Origin: Bacteroidales bacterium
GTDB taxonomy: Bacteria; Bacteroidota; Bacteroidia; Bacteroidales; P3
DNA: 64,000 bases
Direction: 5' to 3'
NCBI GenBank assembly: GCA_045640985.1
Contig: JAZUFZ010000017.1
Coordinates: 18,125 to 82,124 of the forward strand
The position numbers were made by a program, and so were the translations under genes. This document shows positions 58,251-64,000 of the stretch, piece after piece (positions within the stretch are counted from its first letter, which is position 1; each line of letters starts with the position of its first letter). The notes under the pieces are model-generated. The model was not told the DNA's origin. It worked only from the letters and a program-made list of their open reading frames with translations, and made no database searches.

Positions 58251-58481
58251 TATACTTTTCAACAAATACGCAAATTTTTTTGTGACTTTTTTTTCATAAA
58301 TTTTTCATTATATTAAATATCAACACTTTATGCTGTTGAAAATTTTTATAAACAGCCTGTTGATAACCCTGCACGATTGTTCATAAGATTTTCCGCCCGT
58401 TTCCTCCCACGCTATATATATAATTTAATGAAACCATAAATAAAAAGTCCCCCGGAACCAACCTCAAAACCGGACAGAAAT

Positions 58482-58560
58482 TCCCCGAAATCGCTCCCGA
58501 AACTGGAGGAAAATCCCCCGAAAACGCTCCCGAAACCGGGAAGGAGTCCCCGAAAAGTGC
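58482..58560. repeat. 33-bp (3 x 11) tandem repeat, ~2.4 copies, of CCCCGAAA/CTCCCGAAA words
   Basis: TTCCCCGAAATCGCTCCCGAAACTGGAGGAAAA / TCCCCCGAAAACGCTCCCGAAACCGGGAAGGAG / TCCCCGAAAAGTGC. Confidence 0.75.
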
Positions 58561-58607
58561 TTATTTTCCCCTCCGGACAGCCCAGAATCCCCTCAAATCA
58601 GGCCCCG

Positions 58608-58724
58608 GGTAACTCCCATATATCTCCCATATATCTCCCATGTAGGTAGCATAAAACACGAATTTTCCGCCGTCCCGGACACAGCCCTACCAGGGAGATA
58701 CCAGAGAGAAACCCGAGAGATACC
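58608..58724. repeat. degenerate 117-bp member of the GGTAACTCCC...palindrome family
   Basis: The left arm GGTAACTCCC(ATATATCTCCC)x2 has TAACT/TATCT at 58610, 58621 and 58632. The right arm has GAGATA/GAGAAA/GAGATA at 58695, 58706 and 58717. Both arms are 11-bp phased. Confidence 0.7.
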
Positions 58725-58735
58725 TCAAAAAAACA

Positions 58736-58815
58736 CCCCGAAAAACCGCCCGAAAACCATCCGAAAACCGCTCGGAAAGAACCCGAAAACCGCCCGAATA
58801 GAACCCGGAAAAACG
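58736..58815. repeat. seven-unit 11-bp phased CCGAAAA-type array
   Basis: The CG of C(C)GAAAA / CGGAAA occurs at 58739, 58751, 58762, 58773, 58784, 58795 and 58806. Spacings are 12, 11, 11, 11, 11, 11. Confidence 0.8.
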
Positions 58816-58821
58816 TCCTTG

Positions 58822-60231
58822 CTACTCCTTATGGAACCACTTGCGGAAGCGATGCCGCCATACCGCCGGATCGAAAAACACAGAATCGGTAGTCGCCTGA
58901 AGGGTCAGCAGAATGCCTATGGGAAGGAACACAAAGGACGAAAGCCACATACCCACCGGCGGAAGCGCGCCCCCGCGGACCGCCTTCTCCGCAATCATGC
59001 CTATCACATAATAAAGCACGAAGAAAAACACCGAAGCCACCAGAGGAACCCCCAGTCCGCCCTTGCGGACGATAGAGCCGAAAGGCGCCCCGATAAGGAA
59101 CATCAGCAGGCAGGCAAACGAAAGGGTATATTTACGCTGCCACTCCACATAGTGACGGTTGATATACTCGGAATCCGACTGGAGAATCTGGTTATAGGTG
59201 CGGATATCGTCGAGGGTAAGACGGCAGACATTCATCGCCTGTTCCTTCACCCGACGTTTCTGTTCATCGCTGTAAGACTGAAACTTAGCCTGGATATCAT
59301 ATACTGTATCGAGTGGCGTTATGCCCCCGTTATGCACACAGATGAAAGCCCGCATCTTGTCGCGTTTGCTGTCGGAAAATTCCTGATAGCGGTGTTCCCG
59401 CGCCTCCTCAAGGGCAGTAATCGTACTGTCGAGCTGCGACACATTCTGCATCTGGCTTCCCCCATGGAAAAACTCCCCGTCGGACTTGGAAAAGGAGAAC
59501 GAAGAGATATCGAAAGTAAGGATTTCCTCATCGAAACGGATGGAAGTCAAGGGGCGGGTATAGAACTTTTCGCCCTCGAACTCCTCGGAATAGGAATAGC
59601 CGTTCCGGAGGGTAAAAAGCAGATACTGACTGTCGGGACTGGTCTGCATGAAACCCGACTTCGCTACTATCACATTGTTCTGGTGAGTCCCACCCGTATG
59701 GTCATAAACGATAATGTCGTGAAGTTCCCCGTTGCTCTCCTTCTGGTTGATGCGGATCACATAGCCGTCGATGTCGGTATAATACTCGCTGGGACGGATA
59801 TTGAGGGCGGGTTTCTTGCGGGTAACATCATAAAGGAGCGTCTGGTATTTCAGCATGGCTACGGGCATCACGTTATTGGCGAAATAGAAGGCTACTCCCG
59901 TGAGAATCAAGGCAAGAAAAGCCATGGGCATCATGACTCTCCGGATAGAAATTCCCCCCGCTTTCATAGCAACCAGCTCGTATTTCTCGCCGAAATTACC
60001 CATAGTCATAATGGAGGCGAAAAGCACCGATATCGGAAGCGCCATAGGGACAAAGGTGGCGGAAGCATAGAACAGAAGTTCCATGATAACTTTGAACTCC
60101 AGACCCTTGCCCACCAGATCATCTATATACTTCCATACGAACTGCATGAGCAGCACAAAGACCGCGATGGTGAAGGTAAGCACCAAGGGCCCGAGAAACG
60201 ATTTCAATATAAGACGATCCAGTTTTTTCAC
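58822..60231 (-). CDS. LptF/LptG-family LPS export permease
   Basis: MKKLDRLILKSFLGPLVLTFTIAVFVLLMQFVWKYIDDLVGKGL is a typical YjgP/YjgQ N-terminus. TM-periplasmic domain-TM layout. Confidence 0.82.
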   Translation of the reverse strand: MKKLDRLILKSFLGPLVLTFTIAVFVLLMQFVWKYIDDLVGKGLEFKVIMELLFYASATFVPMALPISVLFASIMTMGNFGEKYELVAMKAGGISIRRVMMPMAFLALILTGVAFYFANNVMPVAMLKYQTLLYDVTRKKPALNIRPSEYYTDIDGYVIRINQKESNGELHDIIVYDHTGGTHQNNVIVAKSGFMQTSPDSQYLLFTLRNGYSYSEEFEGEKFYTRPLTSIRFDEEILTFDISSFSFSKSDGEFFHGGSQMQNVSQLDSTITALEEAREHRYQEFSDSKRDKMRAFICVHNGGITPLDTVYDIQAKFQSYSDEQKRRVKEQAMNVCRLTLDDIRTYNQILQSDSEYINRHYVEWQRKYTLSFACLLMFLIGAPFGSIVRKGGLGVPLVASVFFFVLYYVIGMIAEKAVRGGALPPVGMWLSSFVFLPIGILLTLQATTDSVFFDPAVWRHRFRKWFHKE

Positions 60232-60254
60232 AGTCTCAGAACGTAATCATAACC

Positions 60255-61649
60255 TTAAAACATACCGCGAATCCAGCGCCAGAGGTCGTTCCCGTTGGCG
60301 ACCACAAGAAGGAGCAGCAGGAATGCCATACCTACCGTCTGGGCGCGGTCGAGGAACTTGTCGGAGGGTTTGCGGCGGGTGATGATTTCCCAAAGGGTAA
60401 AGAGGATATGGCCTCCGTCAAGCCCTGGGATAGGGATAATATTCATGAATGCCAGAATTACCGCCAGCATCGCCGTAATATTCCAGAAACTATACCAGTC
60501 CCAGGTATTCGGGAAGAGGCTTCCCAAAGTACCGAAACCACCCAGATTCTGCGCCCCGCCCTTGGAGAAGAGTATCTTGAAGGAGCTGACGTAAGTGGCG
60601 AGATATTCGCACCCATGCCTGATGCCTGCCGGGATGGCCTGGAAGAGGGTATAATCGGTATGTACGACTTCGTATATTTCGGTGAAATTCTTCGAGAAAG
60701 CACCAATCTTTCCGTCCGAAGCCAGCTCGAAAGTAATCTGGGAGAACTCGCCGTTACGATAGAAATCAATCGTGACAGGGCTATTCTTATGGTTTACAAT
60801 CTCCTGGGCAAACTCGCCGAAAGAGAGCGTAGGCACGCCGTTGATAGCGACCAGACTATCGCCGGGGAGCATACCGGCTTTCTTGGCTAAAGAACCGGCT
60901 ACGAAATCCTTGATAACGAATGGTACGCGGACAGCCATAAGCCCTTTAGGCTGCTGCTCGTTGATGCGCTGGTAGAGCTGGCGCGACATCTGGATATCCA
61001 CCAGAGCGGAAGAATCGCCCACCTGACGGAGTACGGTGACAGTCTGGGGATTGTTGAGGAGCAACGCGGTCTGTGCCTGCTGGAAATCATACTGGTTCTC
61101 ACCATCGATGGCATAGATAATATCGCCATTCTGGAACCCTTCATCAAGCAGAATCTGATGATAATCATATCCTAAAGCCGCATTGCGGAGCGGAAGCTCA
61201 TCCTGTCCCCAATGGGCGAAAATGCAGGTATAAATCAGGAGGGCAGAAAGGAAATTGACCAGCACGCCCCCGCTGATAATGCACAGACGCTGCCAGGGAT
61301 TCTTGGAGCGGTATTCCCAAGGCTGGGGTTCAGACTCCATATCTGCGGAAGACTTGGTTTCATCCACCATTCCGGCTATATCGCAGTAGCCTCCGAGCGG
61401 GACCCAGCCAAGACCCCAGATGGTATTGTCGGGGTCCTTTTCTTCCCATTCCTTGGGAGTTTCGGCGTTGAAGAAAAGGAAATGCCACTTGCCATCAAAC
61501 TTCTTGGCCTTGAAAATGGAGAACTTGGGGTTGAAGAAAAGGTAAAAACGGCGCACACGGGTTTTGAAAAGCTTGGCAAACCCGAGATGCCCGAGTTCGT
61601 GTGTGATAACCAAAAGCGAAAGGCTGAGGAGTAGTGCTATAACTTTCAT
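60255..61649 (-). CDS. rseP: RIP metalloprotease RseP (site-2 protease)
   Basis: HELGH in the first TM helix, PDZ-like central region and a C-terminal NxxPxxxLDG motif (NIIPIPGLDGG). Confidence 0.88.
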   Translation of the reverse strand: MKVIALLLSLSLLVITHELGHLGFAKLFKTRVRRFYLFFNPKFSIFKAKKFDGKWHFLFFNAETPKEWEEKDPDNTIWGLGWVPLGGYCDIAGMVDETKSSADMESEPQPWEYRSKNPWQRLCIISGGVLVNFLSALLIYTCIFAHWGQDELPLRNAALGYDYHQILLDEGFQNGDIIYAIDGENQYDFQQAQTALLLNNPQTVTVLRQVGDSSALVDIQMSRQLYQRINEQQPKGLMAVRVPFVIKDFVAGSLAKKAGMLPGDSLVAINGVPTLSFGEFAQEIVNHKNSPVTIDFYRNGEFSQITFELASDGKIGAFSKNFTEIYEVVHTDYTLFQAIPAGIRHGCEYLATYVSSFKILFSKGGAQNLGGFGTLGSLFPNTWDWYSFWNITAMLAVILAFMNIIPIPGLDGGHILFTLWEIITRRKPSDKFLDRAQTVGMAFLLLLLVVANGNDLWRWIRGMF

Positions 61650-61653
61650 ATTA

Positions 61654-62787
61654 TCAAATAGATTTTCTGACTTCAGCGTCAGTATTCAACAAATCATCCA
61701 AAGTAGGATCCGGTATAAATGAGGCGGACTGCATGCAGTGCTCCACGAAATCAGCAATGTCGAGGAAACGGAGTTCGCCATCGATGAACTTCTGAACAGC
61801 TACCTCGTTGGCGGCGTTCATGATACAGGGCATATTACCCCCGCGGCGGATAGCTTCGTAGGCAAGTAACGGACAGCGGAAAGTGTCGGTATCAGGCTTG
61901 AGGAAGGTAAGCTGCGGGTAGTCTGTAAAGGAAAAACGGGGGAGAAAACTCTCGATTCTCTCAGGAAAACTGAAGGCATACTGAATAGGAGTTTCCATAG
62001 TGGGAACGCCCATCTGTGCCTTTACGGAGCCGTCCTGGAACTGTACCATGGAATGCACGACGGACTGGGGATGTACGACGATTTCGATATCATCGGCTTC
62101 TACCCCGAAAAGCCACTTGGCCTCAATAACTTCCAGCCCTTTGTTCATAAGACTGGCGGAATCAATAGTTACCTTCCGGCCCATGCTCCAGTTGGGATGC
62201 TTGAGGGCATCCTGGAGGGTTACATGGGAGAGAAACTCCCGGTCTCTGCCCAGAAAAGGCCCGCCTGAGGCGGTAAGAAGTATCTTGTCTATCTTGTTGT
62301 GGGTCTCCCCAACAAGACACTGAAAGATGGCGGAATGCTCAGAATCGACAGGAAGGATGGGAACGTGGTTGCGAAGCGCTGCCTCGGTAACAATCCTGCC
62401 GGCTACAACCATGGTTTCCTTGTTCGCAAGAGCGATAGGTTTATGATATTCTATAGCCCGCATCGTGGGTTTCAGACCCGCAAATCCGACAATAGAGGCG
62501 AGTACCATATCGATGGTGTCCATCTCCATGAGGTCAGCCATGGACTCTGCCCCTGCAAACACCTTTATATCCTTGGGATTAAGTGCGTCGAAGACCTGCT
62601 GGTACTTCTGCCTGTCGGCTATCACTACGGCATTGGGCTCGAACTCCAGCGCCTGACGGATCAGAAGATCCGCATTGGACCCGGCACACAGCACCTCAAC
62701 GGAAAACATATCCTTATGGCGACGTATCACATTGAGCGCCTGTGTCCCAATAGAACCTGTAGAACCTAAGATAGCTATTCTCTTCAT
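61654..62787 (-). CDS. dxr: 1-deoxy-D-xylulose-5-phosphate reductoisomerase
   Basis: ILGSTGSIGTQAL, LANKE, DSEHSA and NAANE motifs. Confidence 0.93.
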   Translation of the reverse strand: MKRIAILGSTGSIGTQALNVIRRHKDMFSVEVLCAGSNADLLIRQALEFEPNAVVIADRQKYQQVFDALNPKDIKVFAGAESMADLMEMDTIDMVLASIVGFAGLKPTMRAIEYHKPIALANKETMVVAGRIVTEAALRNHVPILPVDSEHSAIFQCLVGETHNKIDKILLTASGGPFLGRDREFLSHVTLQDALKHPNWSMGRKVTIDSASLMNKGLEVIEAKWLFGVEADDIEIVVHPQSVVHSMVQFQDGSVKAQMGVPTMETPIQYAFSFPERIESFLPRFSFTDYPQLTFLKPDTDTFRCPLLAYEAIRRGGNMPCIMNAANEVAVQKFIDGELRFLDIADFVEHCMQSASFIPDPTLDDLLNTDAEVRKSI

Positions 62788-63305
62788 AACTTGAAATTAA
62801 ACTTGGTTTCCACCTCACGGCGCAACAAAGAATCGGCCCGGCTGTGGACATAATGCACGGGATTGGGCTGCATCACACTGTCTTGCTGAGGGAGGATATT
62901 CTCCTCGTTGATAGATTCATCCAGTATGATAGCCTTGATGGTGTTGAGCATACGGTTCTGGTTCTCCAATTCGTGGGAAAGAGAATCTATGACCTGCTCG
63001 TTGCGATAGGACTGCTCGACCATCTCTTCGTTGGTGTAGCCCGGGATATACTCCCTGAGAGGGGTAAAAGCAATAAGAAACGTAGTGAGGAGTATCAGCA
63101 CAATCATACCGACCCCTACAGCTACAAAAATATTGATGCCAGACAACTGGAAGCTGAGTTTTTCTTTAAGGGTTTCATTATCGATAACGACAAAACGGTG
63201 CTTGTTCCTGATGACATCGCTGATAGGCTGGGAAAGCTCTTTGAGACGATGCCCCCAATGTTTCCACCGGGCCTTGAAAGATTGGATTTTCTGTTTCAGC
63301 TTCAT
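62784..63305 (-). CDS. hypothetical single-pass membrane protein
   Basis: One TM helix (INIFVAVGVGMIVLILLTTFLIAF) followed by a short coiled-coil-like segment. ATGA overlap with dxr. Confidence 0.7.
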   Translation of the reverse strand: MKLKQKIQSFKARWKHWGHRLKELSQPISDVIRNKHRFVVIDNETLKEKLSFQLSGINIFVAVGVGMIVLILLTTFLIAFTPLREYIPGYTNEEMVEQSYRNEQVIDSLSHELENQNRMLNTIKAIILDESINEENILPQQDSVMQPNPVHYVHSRADSLLRREVETKFNFKL

Positions 63306-63310
63306 TTATT

Positions 63311-63338
63311 CAAAAAAAGCGCAGCCGCAGTGGCTGCG
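63311..63338 (-). terminator. rho-independent terminator after the PpiD-like gene
   Basis: GCGCAGCC-GCAG-TGGCTGCGC hairpin. On the minus strand it is followed by T7. Confidence 0.6.
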
Positions 63339-63369
63339 CCTTTATTATTAATTGATTCTACAATATATC

Positions 63370-64000
63370 TTAGAAGAATTTATTGCGCTGGTCGATAATC
63401 TTGGCCTTGTCCTTGAGAACCTGAACCATACCGCGAACCTTCTGAGCGTTAGCCTGGCTCATGGAAGCACGGAGCGCATCTACATCGGCTACAGGCTGTT
63501 CGGAGGTAGCATCCACCTGAACCATATAAACGCCCTGTGCGCCCTGGATAGGTCCAATCAGATTGTTGCCCTTGTTGGCTGCGATAGCGGCCTGAACCTT
63601 AGGCTCCATACCGAAACGGTCGAAATAATAGTCAGCGTAAGTAACGTTCTCGATAGTATCCACGTTGGTAGCAAGTTTTACTGCGATAGAATTGATATCG
63701 TTAGCAGCCTGCTTTGCCTCGTTGGCACGAGCCATCAGCACTTCGGCCTTCTTCTCGATGCGAACCTGCTGTTCGATGTTAGCACGGAGCTGGTCAAGCG
63801 TTGGGCAGCCCACCTTATAGACTTCCTTCAAAGCTACAACGATGCACATCTCATCAGCTTCAAATACCTGGTCAGCAACCATACCAGCCTTGGAATCTTC
63901 GTTGAATGCCCACTGAACGATGCTGCGAGCGTTAGAGATACCAGGGAGATTGTTGGACATCATGTTCACCATACCGTTACGAACCATGAGGTTCTGTTCC
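63370..64000 (-). CDS. C-terminal part of a PpiD/SurA-like periplasmic chaperone (peptidylprolyl isomerase family); 5' end outside the window
   Basis: The frame stays open to position 64000 (…EQNLMVRNGMVNMM…). C-terminus ...VRGMVQVLKDKAKIIDQRNKFF. Product assigned from memory of Bacteroidota PpiD-like proteins. Confidence 0.6.
   Translation of the reverse strand, partial: EQNLMVRNGMVNMMSNNLPGISNARSIVQWAFNEDSKAGMVADQVFEADEMCIVVALKEVYKVGCPTLDQLRANIEQQVRIEKKAEVLMARANEAKQAANDINSIAVKLATNVDTIENVTYADYYFDRFGMEPKVQAAIAANKGNNLIGPIQGAQGVYMVQVDATSEQPVADVDALRASMSQANAQKVRGMVQVLKDKAKIIDQRNKFF

Noticed and set aside
58736-58815. Possibility that the short periodic arrays (here and at 20510-20549 and 39418-39458) are CRISPR-like
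   Set aside because: The units are 11 bp with no unique spacers between them, and no cas genes are present. The period equals the unit length.
58819-60246. 475-aa plus-strand ORF mirroring the LptF/G gene
   Set aside because: The minus-strand product has the YjgP/YjgQ N-terminus and TM layout. The plus-strand product is Arg/His/Lys-rich with no membrane helices or motifs.

Overview
This 64-kb window looks like a Bacteroidota chromosome. The gene content, four type IX secretion (T9SS) C-terminal sorting domains and TAnnTTTG -7 promoter boxes point that way. A Prevotellaceae-like origin is my inference, not proven. I support about 38 protein genes, mostly ordinary housekeeping genes (ackA, murA, purB, nadK, menA, phosphoglucomutase, sbcCD, the uppS-bamA-skp-skp envelope cluster, lptF/G, rseP, dxr). 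I saw no rRNA, tRNA, CRISPR array, transposase or integrase.

Three things stand out:
1. One uninterrupted 18,282-nt ORF (39882..58163, minus strand) encodes a 6,093-aa T9SS-sorted surface protein of about 60 domains. It has six copies of an unassigned ~180-aa module, six adhesin-like modules, about 19 FN3-like domains, a nested ~3.9-kb internal duplication and 26 tandem InlB-B-repeat-like units.
2. A set of intergenic palindromes is built from 3-4 tandem 11-bp (one helical turn) subunits per arm. It includes two 119-bp copies with 29-31-bp perfect terminal inverted repeats. Degenerate copies plus CCGAAAA-type phased arrays bracket the giant gene on both sides.
3. A 2.4-kb AT-rich two-gene cassette sits between DUF4290 and murA, bounded by a perfect 55-bp direct repeat.

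All product calls rest on motifs I recognise by eye; no database search was run. Domain bounds inside the giant gene are approximate.
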